DNA of 62,295 nucleotides, counting the filler, from Globobulimina sp. (lineage: Eukaryota): assembly GCA_003354225.1 (NCBI GenBank). It is 10 parts of 10 records of this genome, joined end to end, with 100 filler letters (N's around TTAATTAATTAA, not from the genome) between each part and the next. Parts side by side here need not be neighbours in the genome. Positions count along the whole stretch, not along the records: positions 18,760 to 24,899 come from PIVH01000354.1; positions 25,000 to 31,139 come from PIVH01000355.1; positions 31,240 to 37,378 come from PIVH01000356.1; 7 more parts are not named here. The stretch is one strand, 5' to 3'. The translations under genes were made by a program, and so were the position numbers. The notes under the pieces are model-generated. The model ran no database searches and was not told the origin of the DNA. It saw nothing but the letters and a program-made list of their open reading frames with translations. The stretch's first letter is position 1; each line of letters opens with the position of its first letter. Of this stretch, positions 21,640 through 33,381 are shown piece after piece.

Positions 21640-21924
21640 TTAACCTTTAAAGCCCGTGACGCTCCAAACAACATTTGCACCGGTTGAGCCGCTTAAAGTC
21701 AGTTGGACCAAATCACCACTAGAAACATTAACACGCTCATCAGCCGGTGCCGTATATTCAACGGCTGTTCCGTCTTCATAGACCGGGTATGCCGTGCCTT
21801 TGATGATCTTTTCAACGGCAACCGTCCCGCTTCCAAATGTATCGTTAACGCTTACATGAACGTTTTCATTAACAACCAGCCAAGGGCCAACCGTTCCATC
21901 TGCCACCATCACACCGCTTGCCAT
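21640..21924 (-). CDS. Small beta-rich phage protein (possibly virion-associated)
   Basis: 94 aa, V/T/G/S-rich; AGGTG SD-like sequence upstream. Confidence 0.7.
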   Translation of the reverse strand: MASGVMVADGTVGPWLVVNENVHVSVNDTFGSGTVAVEKIIKGTAYPVYEDGTAVEYTAPADERVNVSSGDLVQLTLSGSTGANVVWSVTGFKG

Positions 21925-21936
21925 TTTGACACCTAT

Positions 21937-22005
21937 ATTGTAATAATATTAGTAATAAGTGATATACAATAACGATATATTACTTGTTTCTAATATTATT
22001 ACAAT
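21937..22005. repeat. 69-bp AT-rich imperfect palindrome
   Basis: 30-bp arms with 27/30 matches (outer 16 bp perfect: attgtaataatattag/ctaatattattacaat) and a 9-nt loop. Confidence 0.85.
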
Positions 22006-22015
22006 CATTACCCTT

Positions 22016-24544
22016 TTAAACGTCCGTTATTGTCCCGGTTGGTGTCCAGTCACCCTCATTGCCCTCGTTCGTTCCCGCATTCCATGCAGCGGCATCCCCC
22101 GTAAACTGGAAGTCAGGGGTTTCAAGACTTACGCTTGATAGGTCTGTAGGATCTCCGTCTAAATCATAGAACAACCGCCTTGTTGCTGCTTGCGTGATAT
22201 CTAGCTGTGTTGTTGGATTAAACAACATATAGAATGATGAAACGTTAGCGCCCAAACCCTCGCCAGATTTACCGATACGATACCAAACAGGCGTGTAGTC
22301 AAAAATATCATCAGCGCCAAGCGCCACAGATATCCTACTGTTTTCACCTTCATATACTGTAAGCGATTGAGTGCCCGCGCTATCACTATCCCATTGTGCA
22401 AGGAAGTTAAGCACACCTGACGCTGAGGTATATGTTGTTGATGTTAAATTTGTTACAAAACTTGTGCCGTTATGGAGTTGGAAACCCATTTTATTAACAT
22501 CGCCACCAGCACCATTGAAGAACGCCGCAACACGGTTGTCATTTGTTCTCACCATGGAGCGCGGCAAGCCATCACGTTCTATAAGCTCTATATTCATGTA
22601 GAAAATGCCGCTCTTGCCGTCTGATATCCCTGACAGTGTCCCGGAAGTTGTGTATACATCGCTACCGGTTATAGCGTCATCAATAAACACAGTATTGAAC
22701 GTTTCCGGTATACTTGCAGGGTCCCACAGGAATAAATCACCATTGCTATCAACACAACCCGTATCACCCACAACATACGTTGCGCCGTCAATAAGACCGC
22801 CCCCAACCGCCGGGGTATATCTTGCCATGTTATCTGCTAGTAAATCGGGTACAGGTAGAGCAAAGTTGCCAGTGAACAAAGTGCTATATGCAATAATCGC
22901 ACCGCCCTTGCCTGCAATCACGTTGTTACCTTTAGTCCAGCCAGCAAGAAGGATGCTGTCAGACACGTTGTTGTATGCTCGGTTTCCCCCACTATCAACG
23001 GTGTTGTCAAGCGTCAGCGTTACGCTATCCCCAGCCGCGTTTAGCGGATCTTGATGAACTATGGAGTTATTAGCTATAAGGCTGCTCTCCATTCTGTCGC
23101 CAATAATGCCTTGTTGGCTATCAGTAACAGCGGCCCAATTATTTGTTATTTCCCATTCTATCTCGTATGGTGAAGCTATTTCAAACAACATAACATGAAG
23201 GTTTCGACCGCGTGTATTGCCTTGCGCGTTTCTGTTGTTACGAATAATAACACCAAGCCAATTAGATGTGGCGATAGCTGCGTTCGCTTGGAAAACATCA
23301 GGGTGCGCGTCGCCAAAATCGTCAGGGGTTGAATAGAAATTAAAAATATCGTTGAACTCAATCAAACCTGTCGGCATTGACGCGCCATCTTTCGGGTCAA
23401 ACTTAACCGCGTCACCATAAAATCCAATAATAATATTATTTAGGAAATCAAAATTATCCAAAGTCTTTAGTTTGACAGGCTCGGTACAGTTAATAAATTC
23501 GTTGTTGTTAATATCAACAGATTCCCAATTCGTATTGCCATTGGTCATGTCGATGCCGGTGCACTGTTGCACGTCAGGCAACCCACCGTATTTGGTGGCG
23601 CTGACTTCGTATGTTTCCCCTGTATCGCTTTCTGTTAGGGTCTGTCCAATTGTCCACCCGGCGCTGTTATCTGACGTTGTGTCCGTTACCCAAATTGTCC
23701 CGCTACCAGCCGTAAAATCAGAATCATAAACCGTTGCAGAATTTGCCCCGTTCGTGAGCGTTTTTCCTTCAGTAGGTTTAGCTGTTCCATTAATGAAATC
23801 GATCTTTGCATAATACGGCCTGTCATTATCCGCCGCGTTCGCTGTCGGATCGAACGGTCCAGAATACAGACAGTTTGTCGATGTAAACTTAGCGCCATTC
23901 GTATCAAGATAAACACAGGCATTCCTTGAGGATAGCTGCGCTCTTGGATCGTCCCATTCGATATTTTCAACAGTGAAATCCGCGCCCGTGAAGTTGTTCT
24001 TCACGTATATGAACTGCACAGTTGGAAAATCTGTTACATCTTCTCCTTTGACTGTAAGCCCAACACTATCCGCAGGGAATACAGCGATACCGCCTAGATT
24101 TGCGTCTTTGCGAATAATAACCGTATCACCATTAACCAGCCCTGTTTCAATTGCATCAAATTCAGTCGTTGAGTTGCTTTGCCCGGTTATCGTGTAGGTG
24201 TTCGCTTGAATTGTAACCGTGTGCGTTGCTGTGGCTTCTCCGCCATTATAAGAGCATGCAAGGGAGTAAGGTCCAAGGTTCAGTTTAGCAGACGCGCCCG
24301 CTGCTGAAGGGGATAAGTCGCCACTACTTGCTATATCCCAATGTCCAGAAGCATCGCCTGATGTAATGACCGCTGATGTGATTGTAGTTCCAGATGACAG
24401 GAGAGTGTAAGATCCAGCCGCCGCTTGCGTGTCCTCGCCAAAATCAAACGCTTGATTTGCGACGGACAACCCAGGAGAAACTCCATCGTCCAACCGAAAT
24501 GGAGACTTTAAGCTTACAAACTTTTTTCTAAAAGGACCACGCAT
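22016..24544 (-). CDS. Putative tailspike/receptor-binding protein with parallel beta-helix and C-terminal lectin-like domain
   Basis: 842 aa, G/T/D/N-rich; beta-helix-like repeats (INNNEF, FLNNII, IEFNDI, IRNN, IANNSI) and HPDVFQ; GAGG SD upstream. Confidence 0.6.
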   Translation of the reverse strand: MRGPFRKKFVSLKSPFRLDDGVSPGLSVANQAFDFGEDTQAAAGSYTLLSSGTTITSAVITSGDASGHWDIASSGDLSPSAAGASAKLNLGPYSLACSYNGGEATATHTVTIQANTYTITGQSNSTTEFDAIETGLVNGDTVIIRKDANLGGIAVFPADSVGLTVKGEDVTDFPTVQFIYVKNNFTGADFTVENIEWDDPRAQLSSRNACVYLDTNGAKFTSTNCLYSGPFDPTANAADNDRPYYAKIDFINGTAKPTEGKTLTNGANSATVYDSDFTAGSGTIWVTDTTSDNSAGWTIGQTLTESDTGETYEVSATKYGGLPDVQQCTGIDMTNGNTNWESVDINNNEFINCTEPVKLKTLDNFDFLNNIIIGFYGDAVKFDPKDGASMPTGLIEFNDIFNFYSTPDDFGDAHPDVFQANAAIATSNWLGVIIRNNRNAQGNTRGRNLHVMLFEIASPYEIEWEITNNWAAVTDSQQGIIGDRMESSLIANNSIVHQDPLNAAGDSVTLTLDNTVDSGGNRAYNNVSDSILLAGWTKGNNVIAGKGGAIIAYSTLFTGNFALPVPDLLADNMARYTPAVGGGLIDGATYVVGDTGCVDSNGDLFLWDPASIPETFNTVFIDDAITGSDVYTTSGTLSGISDGKSGIFYMNIELIERDGLPRSMVRTNDNRVAAFFNGAGGDVNKMGFQLHNGTSFVTNLTSTTYTSASGVLNFLAQWDSDSAGTQSLTVYEGENSRISVALGADDIFDYTPVWYRIGKSGEGLGANVSSFYMLFNPTTQLDITQAATRRLFYDLDGDPTDLSSVSLETPDFQFTGDAAAWNAGTNEGNEGDWTPTGTITDV

Positions 24545-24567
24545 TTTGCTACCTCAGATAGATACAT

Positions 24568-24819
24568 CTACTTAGCTACGGGAAGAAGACCCCTTTCAGT
24601 GAAGTACTGCGGGCATGCCTTACTCCACTGATTAAAGTCCCCATTATAGAACCGCCGCACCGCCCCTACTGACGCCGCATCACAGACAAGCTGCAGCCCG
24701 ATCTTCAGTTCCTCATCGTTCACCTTGGCCTTGATTGCTGTCCCGGCAGCCTTGGTCGCATCGTACTGGGCGCAGCTAGTGAGTAAGATCAGCCCTCCAA
24801 TGATAAGTAACTTACGCAT
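24568..24819 (-). CDS. Small phage lipoprotein
   Basis: Signal peptide with lipobox LTS-C; AGGA SD upstream. Confidence 0.7.
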   Translation of the reverse strand: MRKLLIIGGLILLTSCAQYDATKAAGTAIKAKVNDEELKIGLQLVCDAASVGAVRRFYNGDFNQWSKACPQYFTERGLLPVAK

Positions 24820-24899
24820 ATTAAAGTCCTTTCTATACTTTACAGTGAGAAATCGGTAAGTGTAATTGTTGACCCTGTTGTGGTTGCCTTCACCTCTAG

Positions 24900-24999
24900 N
24901 NNNNNNNNNNNNNNNNNNNNNNNNNNNNNNNNNNNNNNNNNNNTTAATTAATTAANNNNNNNNNNNNNNNNNNNNNNNNNNNNNNNNNNNNNNNNNNNN
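24900..24999. other. Artificial contig spacer
   Basis: N44-TTAATTAATTAA-N44. Confidence 0.99.
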
Positions 25000-27900
25000 A
25001 TCATAGCCAATTCAATCGATTTGCGTGTCTTACGTTTTATAATTTGTTTATCTTTTTTATTTTTCTTCGCTTTTTTTCTATTAACAACCACATCCTTTTT
25101 CCTTTTATTTTTTTCCGCACCATCTGTTTTTTTCTCACCATCGCTTTTTTCCCCACCTTTCCCCTTCGAACTAAACCACGACGGCAGCCATTTCCTCTTT
25201 GTCTCCTGCTTTTTGTCTGGATACCACTCTGGAAATGGATCATTGTCATACAGTTTGCTTCTATGCCGATATCCGACTAACGAAGATTCAGAATCCGACT
25301 GATTTCTATTCATATTAGACACAAACCACTCCGGATGCGGCTCCAAAGTGCGCGTCAGCTCTCTCATTCGAATCAATCTCTTCTGCTTCGGGTCAGTAAC
25401 TTCATTATTTTGCGAATCATACTCAACCGACACGTCAATACCCGAATCATTCCCAGTCGCCGCACTGAACAATCCACTCTCCGTTGCATAATGGAGCACA
25501 TCTTCGATAACCGCAGTCTCCATATTCCTTTTTTTGAGCATGGAGATAAATTCATTGATCTGTGTGGTACCAAACGCCTTCTGCGCATACTTATTTTTCT
25601 CTTTCTGTTTGGCGAGTTCTTGCGTAATAAGTTTGAAAGCCTCCTTGAACTGTTTTCGATGATCAATCAAACCCTGGACATGTCCGCCTGGCTTTGCCTT
25701 CTTTTTTTTCTTTTTCTCTTTGCCGCCACCTTCCAGATTATAATTGACATTAATTCCAATCTGCTCCGCAAAATCGTCACCGACCATATCCTCCAAATCA
25801 AAATTATCCAAATCCAAAGAGTCCATACCCATCGAATTGAGGTTTCCCATCGCATCGAAATCCAACGACTTTCCCGTATTTTGCCGAATTAAATCTTGGA
25901 AGTTCTTGCTGCGGTCCTTTGAGCGTAACAGGGCTTCGGTGGTCTTTTCCTTTGGATATTCGCGGTGATATCGGAAGGTAACATGTCGGCGATCCAACTC
26001 CTTGTAATGAGTGTATATAATATTTTCAATATCTGTGCGATTCGCAAAATATAACTCATGGCAATGGGCTTTGAACGGTTTCAATTTCGCGATTTCTCTC
26101 TCGCGGACATTGACTATTTTGCTCAGCTCCTCTTCGCTCAAACCCTTATTCCCACTATCCTGCTCATGCAAATGCTGTATGACTCTGATCACAAAGTTGT
26201 TTTTCCGAATGGTGACATAACCGACCTCGAAGTTAGAAATATCGATATCGCCGTACGTTTTTATGATTTTATGTTCCAAGGCGGCCTTCACACCTTTTCG
26301 TTTGCCAATGTATTGCTTTTCTGGTATACTAAACACTTTGTTTTGATCATTTAATTTCATCTCAAAGAAATAATAAATATCATTCACCTGTCCTTCCTTA
26401 TCTTTGTTGATAAAGAAGTTCAACACCGACGCCACAATGCTCACAATCGAAGTGGCAAACGCTAGCATTGTATTTCGCGTCAAATCGTTGATTGCGTAGG
26501 AAAACAGTATCTGCACAATCAGCTGAGGTCCATTCTCAGTCAAAACTGTGGTTATCACTCGAATGTCGGACAGCGCAGTCAGTTCAAACGAGCACAAGCC
26601 GCAATTTAGCAGTGATATTCCAAATACATTGCTCGACACCAATGCCATGGCGGGGTAGCAGCCGCCGCTGATCACCACCAAGCCGATGAATAAGGTCTGA
26701 TACTGCTCAAACCAGGTCCGCGCCGGCGTGTTTTTTTGGATTATCTCAGAATTGGGCACTTTGGCAGCATACGCCACATTTAACCCATATGGGACCACCA
26801 GAAACAATGCCGACATTACGCCCGAGACTAACAAGGCGTATTCCTGTAAGGTGTCAAACTTCGCTGCATCGTCAGTCTCCAAATTCTGATCTCCAGCGCA
26901 ATAAACATTGGCCTCTTCCGACTCGCATTCCCGGTTAAAGATAGCGGCAAATATCTCAGTGGTCAGATTGATGTCGGATATCACGTCATAGATTTGCAGA
27001 CCGAAAAACAAGACGGCGAACCAACGCGCGTTGTCCACGGGAGTCAGACATTTGGCCTTCTCGCCCATTTTATTGTGGATCTTGGCCGCTATGCCAATCA
27101 GCACACAGGTGCCTGACCATATTTTTTTTTTAATTATCTGCACATAGATATAAATATATATAGTACCTAAGAGTATATTCAATGCAATGAACACAACATC
27201 GAGCTCAGTGACTGGTACATCCACCTTCCAAGTGAGCGACTCGTTGGCCACAGTAAAGTTCAAATACGGATTCTTGAAATACTCCCGGAACGAAGCGGTG
27301 GTCTCCTGCCAGAACTCCAAATCATACGTCTTTTGCTCGAAATAAGTCTGGTATTCCATGGTATGGTCGATGGTGGACTTTGCGTGCATTTCCCTCAAAC
27401 CGGTATGCGGATGTTTTAAGTCATACAGCCATTCGAGCTGAAAGTCCTTGATTTTCAATTGTCCCGTTTTCTTCTGCACATTGTGTCCATTGATCTTATT
27501 AATTTTCAGTTGGAAGAACGCGAACTTTTGGATGACATTTCCATCGAAGTAATTCTGTTCTATGAGATTTGCTATTTTCGGTACAATCGACAGCGACGAA
27601 TCGTTGTATATGGCGTCGCAGTCTGCGGTCGTCATATTGATGAATCTGTAGATTACGTACGTATGCACATCGTACACAATGCCGCTCAGCGTGGGAGGTC
27701 GCGTGGGCGCCATAGTGGGGCTAAACGTCGGTGCGTCGGACGGAGCAGACGAAGGGGCAATGGTTGGCGCACCGGACGGGGAGAATGAAGGTGCGATGCT
27801 CGGTGCATCGGTGGGTGCCAATGACGGCGATATGGAAGGGGCGAAGGTAGGCGCCGCGGAGGGCGGTTGCGAGGGACTGCTGCTCGGCGGCTGCGAGGGA

Positions 27901-30900
27901 CTGCCACTGGGCGCCTTGGACGGTGGTTGCGACGGACTGCCGCTGGGAGAGATCGTCGGTGCTAAGGTGGGCGAACCCTGACAGCTGCCTTGACATTGCA
28001 AGTTGAGCAGATCGCGCAGCGCGATATACACACAATGGCTGTTGGTGAATCTCGGCAGGTTATTATCGGGCAAGTTGTCGAACCGCGAAGGCGACGTAAA
28101 TACATAAGTCATCTCGCACGAACCTGCCGCGTCGGCGTTGGTGCAGTGTACCGTGATGCCCTCGCACGGCAAGTCGCTGCTTTCGTCGCCGTATTCGAGC
28201 CGGGTCAGTTGCGATAATGTGCCGTCGGCGGCGTTGTAGCCATATTTGATGAACTTCGAGTCCATATCGCAAGTAATTGTGTCTTCGCTGAACGCCCAAC
28301 CGTAGCCGTTCTCGAATACGATGTCTTTGGAGTATGCGTACATGTGCAATTTGGACAGTTCGCCATCAGCGGTGATGTTCAATCCATCGCAGGCATTTTC
28401 TACGTAGCAGGTAATGGAGGTATTGTGGTTATTTCGTGCGGAGATATTCATGAAATGTACTCGCATGTTGGTGCAGGCGCGCTCGCCGCGACAATGAATG
28501 TGCGCGCTTTGCACGGAGGATATATAGATTTGCATGTTGGGGCAGGCATCGTCATAGCATTCGATGTGGATTTGCTGACTGTTGGGTGCGAGGGACGCAT
28601 TTATTTGAGTGGCGGGTGGGAACGCAGTGGGTTCTGACGTGGGGTCTGAGGTTGGCGGCAATGTTGGCGACAAGGTGCCATCCGTCGGAGTCTGAGGGAA
28701 GACCATTACCTGCGTAGCATAGAATTGCATAGAGCCACAAGCTTCGCTGCCAGAGCAACGTAAGTTGCAGCCGGTGCGGGAATAGCAAGTGTACTCGGCA
28801 CGATAGCATGCGGCCACTTGCGTGCAATTGAAGTGGCAGCCATCGGTTGCAGTGCAGTTTTGAATGGGATGCTCGAGTAACTCGACAGTGATTAAATTTC
28901 TAGACATGGCATTCGGTCCTAGACTGACTCGGGTTTTCGAGGTCATGGCGTCGAAATCTAGTGTATAATCTAAACCATCCACAGGTGGATAGAATGTATA
29001 ATCGGGACAGGTTAGTGGCGAATCTGTAGGTGCCTGTAAAATAAGAAACTTATATATACAAACAATAAAAAAAACACATGGCATACCAAAGACGGTGCAA
29101 TGGACGGTGCGAGGGATGGAGCCGATGTTGGCGGTTGACTCGGACTGCCCGATGGCGTCAATGAGGGTGCCAGCGACGGAGCCAATGTTGGCGCTAAAGA
29201 AGGCGCCAAGGAGGGAGCCAGCGTGGGAGCTAAAGAAGGTGCTATTGATGGTGCCAGTGACGGAGCTAAAGATGGCGCCGACGAAGGGGCAGTACTCGGA
29301 GCTAGTGAGGGCGCCACCGAAGGGGCTAATGATGGCGCGAGTGATGGCGGCGTAGTGGGAGCCACTGACGGAGCAAGTGTAGGGGCTACAGATGGGGCTA
29401 AACTAGGGGCTAAAGTCGGGGCTGCAGTAGGATCTACAGTAGGGGCTGAAGTAGGTACTTTACACCAAATTCCAATATCATAAAATTGTATCATGTTCTT
29501 ATCGTTCTTTAATGTCGCAATCAAACGAACTTGAAACTTTGCCGTTGGTACAGCAGTGGGGAACGCAGCTACATTATCGACAGACTTGTATCGTTCATCC
29601 ATGTTATTGCAGGCAACTGCGTATGGAGTGCGGGTCGGGACTGGAGTAGCGGTTGGGATTGTAATGGAGTATGTTACTTTACTTTGTGTGGGATGTTCAA
29701 TTTCCAGATCAAGGCCGAAATTGTCAGCGTTACCTTCTCTGCAGAACCAAAATGAAAAGGATACAACGGGCGTGGCTTCCGAGTCGCACATGAAATTTCG
29801 TGCAATATATATCCAATCATACTTCGGGAGATTAATTAACATTCTGCGCGCAAATGGACCCATAAACTCTATAGAGTCCTGTGTTGTGGTTAAATCAAAG
29901 TTTAAGTTTTTTAATAAGGTGTTAGCACCGCTTGCGATGTCGTCATCGTCAATTTGGTATTGTGTCTCTTCTGTCATAGTACCACCAATTACTAAATCTT
30001 GACCATTAAAAATGACCCAGCCTTTTTTTTTCAATTGCAAAATGATATCGGTATACACAGAAACACAGAAAACAAACAAACAAACCTTGATCGAGTAGTT
30101 CATCATACGTATATACGCCGGGGTTTTCATACAGTATAACATGGCGATCGTCCGACCAACGGCCACTGATAAGTTCTAAAGCATGTATTGGCGCAGAACT
30201 TGGATTCAGAGTGGGGGATAAAGTGGGATTTCTAGTGGGATTCGTGGGAGTTTGAGTCGGTTGAAGTGTAGGGTTTGTAGTTGGATTTCGAGTGGGTTGG
30301 AATGAAGGATTTGTGGTTGGTTCGTTGGTTGGTTGGAATGTAGGATTTGTAGATGGATTCAGAGTCGGTTGGGATGTCGGTTCTGTGCTTGGATTTTTCG
30401 TCGGTGCGGATGTGCAGTCGTACCAATATTCTATATCGATTTGATTGACATTAATAGTTTGACCGCCTTTATCCGCATGAAAATACACATAAAACCCAGC
30501 GCCGCCGGCAAAGGTATCGTTAAATCCGCAGCTTTGCCTATATTCATATGGCGCTTCAGCGGGTGTCGGTGTATTGGATGCGCCCTTCGCCTCAAACGAG
30601 ACTAGAACTTTATTGTCGTTTGGATAGTTTTTCAATGTAAATGTAATGGGCCACTCCTGCACACCATTTCTTTGTGGTAGCCAAGACTCAGTGTCTTGGC
30701 GGGTCGCACCGGTTAAACCAGCTCTTTTCCATCGATCATCTGCGTTTTCTGCCGGTGTTTCTGCCATAATGTCCTTAATTTTGCCTCCGTATAATGTCTC
30801 TGTTGGGTTGGTCGTAGAATCACAGCTTGGCCCAATAGCATTGAAAACGGGTTGGTTCGTTTCGTAATTGGCCGAGATTTGAATTAGGGAACTAAAATAT

Positions 30901-31139
30901 TTTGAGGCATCTAGGTTGCCATCGGCAAATATTACCACTAAAGCCAAGTCATTGGCGGGTGAACTTTGAGCTGCTGTTGTGGTGGAATGTAATTTGAATA
31001 CTATGGTTGAAGGAGCTGTGGCATGGAACCCCCATGCTCCCGGATTCTGTGACTTTGAAATATCTATTTTCATCGCATGATATCTTATATCATCAGCCGC
31101 AGTGATTTGCCATTCATCATTAACCACAGTGGTATCATA
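25000..31139 (-). CDS. Giant cell-surface protein (about 2000 aa in the window, both ends truncated): Pro/Thr/Ser stalks, Cys-rich repeats, XK-like multi-TM domain and charged cytoplasmic tail
   Basis: Three ORFs join through GT-AG introns 30022-30085 and 29034-29086, plus an in-frame intron 27113-27166; DVISD and ENGPQLIVQ motifs in the TM region. Confidence 0.8.
27690..27975 (-). repeat. 12-nt-period coding repeat (xAPS/xAPT/xPPS)
   Basis: SPTLAPTISPSGSPSQPPSKAPS... Confidence 0.85.
29087..29460 (-). repeat. 12-nt-period coding repeat (LAPS/LAPT)
   Basis: APTLAPSLAPSVAPT..., about 30 tetrapeptides with diverged synonymous sites. Confidence 0.9.
30190..30412 (-). repeat. 12-nt-period coding repeat (xNPT/xQPT)
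   Basis: APTKNPSTEPTSQPTLNPS... Confidence 0.85.
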
Positions 31140-31239
31140 NNNNNNNNNNNNNNNNNNNNNNNNNNNNNNNNNNNNNNNNNNNNTTAATTAATTAANNNNN
31201 NNNNNNNNNNNNNNNNNNNNNNNNNNNNNNNNNNNNNNN
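31140..31239. other. Artificial contig spacer
   Basis: N44-TTAATTAATTAA-N44. Confidence 0.99.
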
Positions 31240-32105
31240 AATACCATTTAAATGAATATCATCACTGTCACTCCACTTTGCGTCATACGCTGCAAACGGT
31301 ACATTTGACAAATCCACGCCTACAAAAGTTCCATCCCCAACATTGTTCACGTTATAATTTTTAAAATATTCATAATATGTATCAGTATATTCTCGCTGAC
31401 AATATTCCAACGGACTCAACTCAGCATTGTTATAAATACATCTTTTATTAATATCAGAACCATATCTCAACAGTAACTCCATTGTTTTATAATTCTTAGC
31501 TACACAACACTGAAATAGCGGTGTTATTTTCTGTGCTCCCACATATCCATTTATGTCCACTTTATGAGTCAATAACCATTTCACCGCAGCCTCGGTTGGA
31601 TCATATAACCAGAGCTTCGAAAACAAACCAGGATCTAACGGTGATTTGTCCGTCATCAAAGTCATCAAAAAATCAGCAAACTTAGCATTTCGGCGAGTTT
31701 AGCATTTATATTTGTAAGTAAATAATCAGCACATAAATAAATCTCATTGCTGGACATTGTTGAATTTTTTATTAAACCGCTGAATACACCGCGACAGCCT
31801 TTATACGTTGCGCCATTCATTACCAATAATCGAATCATTTCGAATGATGAAGAGGCACAGGCAATGGTAAGGGGATACGGTTGTGCATTAATGTATTTTT
31901 GTGAATCAATACATTGTAATATATACTTGATTGACGCAACATCATTGTTTGAAATTAAATTCTGAAGAAACCAGGCGGATCCAACAGCGAGTATTTTTTG
32001 TTTATGTGCTTCAAAAAACGTTACGATGTTTTGATGATTTTTCGATCCGCATAGTTGATTGTATTCTTGCACCAAAGCAGCATGTTGTTGCGTTAAAGCT
32101 GACAT
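31240..32105 (-). CDS. Ankyrin-repeat protein (3' truncated); two ORFs joined by a 47-nt intron 31635-31681 or by a frameshift
   Basis: YPLTIACASSSFEMIRLLVMNGA and TPLFQCC...MELLLRYGSDIN ankyrin motifs. Confidence 0.75.
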
Positions 32106-32165
32106 TGTAAAGAGTTTGATACACAAAAACCTCAGCAGTCAGTAGAGTTTTTCTTTGTTAGCATC

Positions 32166-33150
32166 ATGATACGGTCACCCTCTCTCAGTCGTTCTCCTAC
32201 AAAATTCCCACCACCTCCTCCTAGAAAACGCTCAATGAAAACAAAATTAACAGAATACAACCCAACAGTATGGATCATTGACAATCTACAAATGTCGATA
32301 ACCTCTGATTTGGATCATTCTGATGTCGATTTGTATGTATCATCGCCAGTATCGGCTCCAGTATCTCCAATGATAACACAGATATCCAATCATCTCCAAA
32401 AAGAAAATCGTTCATTATCTGTCCAAACACGCAACAAACCCAAAAACGTATGATATATTCACAAACGTACACGAAATTAAAACCAGACAAATATTATAAA
32501 AGTCACTGGCAACGCAAAGTATAAACACGAGTTATACATCATATACAACATCGAAATCAAAGCCAAGCACACCTTCATTCGCAGTGCCTTCATTAAAATC
32601 AGTCAATAAACACAAAGCAAAACTAATCAAACAGCGTCGACGCCAAAAAATACGTAAAAATAAGAGAAATAAGCATAAAAAATATGTATATAACGATGAT
32701 ATTGATGGATGGTCTTCATCTGATTCAGATAGCAATAGTTCTCCGATAACACGGCATGGCAAAACAGCGTCAGTTCCCAATATTAATATAAGTTTTAGTG
32801 ATTTTAAGAGAAAAAAGAACCGGAAAACAAATAAAAAACGTGGCAAAAATGGTAAATCGGAGAAATTGAAAGTGGTGAAAGATGATAAAATATCCCGATT
32901 GCGACATACACGTTCATTTAATGCTATGGATGAGGATGGAAATAAATCACAAAAACGAAGTAACACTCATTTGCGGAGAAACACGTTGCATACAAACTAT
33001 TATAATTACAAAATAAAAGCAATTCCCTCTAATGTCGATGATCAATCGTATTGGAGCAATATGGATTATAGGAATATTAAACCCAGGCAACGTAAAGTGG
33101 TTAAAAATAAAAAAAGTCGTCAAAAATATCCAACGGTGATATCAACTTAA
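32166..33150 (+). CDS. Basic low-complexity hypothetical protein, intron 32448-32502
   Basis: A 55-nt phase-0 GT-AG intron joins ORFs 32166 and 32584 in frame. Confidence 0.6.
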
Positions 33151-33381
33151 TATTTATGTGTACAAATTTTTATAGCTCTCTCCACTGCTTTTCATTGTAT
33201 TGTTCATTTTTTTATTATTTGTACTTTTAATTTGTCAGTTTAATTAGCTGGGTTCGCATGTTCTTATGCACGGTGGTTTGAGTAATTGTTTATTGTTTAC
33301 AAAGAAAAAAAGTCATAACCACCCAACATTTGTCAACCCTGAACATTTTTACATCAAAAACATGTTATATAGTGTTGTGAT

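Larger units (their letters stand above)
18760..24899 (-). mobile_element. Tailed bacteriophage/prophage fragment (P22-like head module)
   Basis: Visibly higher GC, intronless co-oriented genes, portal, scaffold-like, tailspike-like and lipoprotein genes. Confidence 0.9.

Noticed and set aside
21937-22005. Protelomerase telRL site or intrinsic terminator
   Set aside because: It has a 9-nt asymmetric centre and mismatches, no protelomerase is in view, and there is no GC stem or U-tract
18760-24899. Phage integrated in the eukaryotic genome
   Set aside because: The whole contig is phage-like with no host junction
27459-30605. Several plus-strand G/A/D-rich ORFs
   Set aside because: Antisense shadows of the Pro-rich 12-nt repeats
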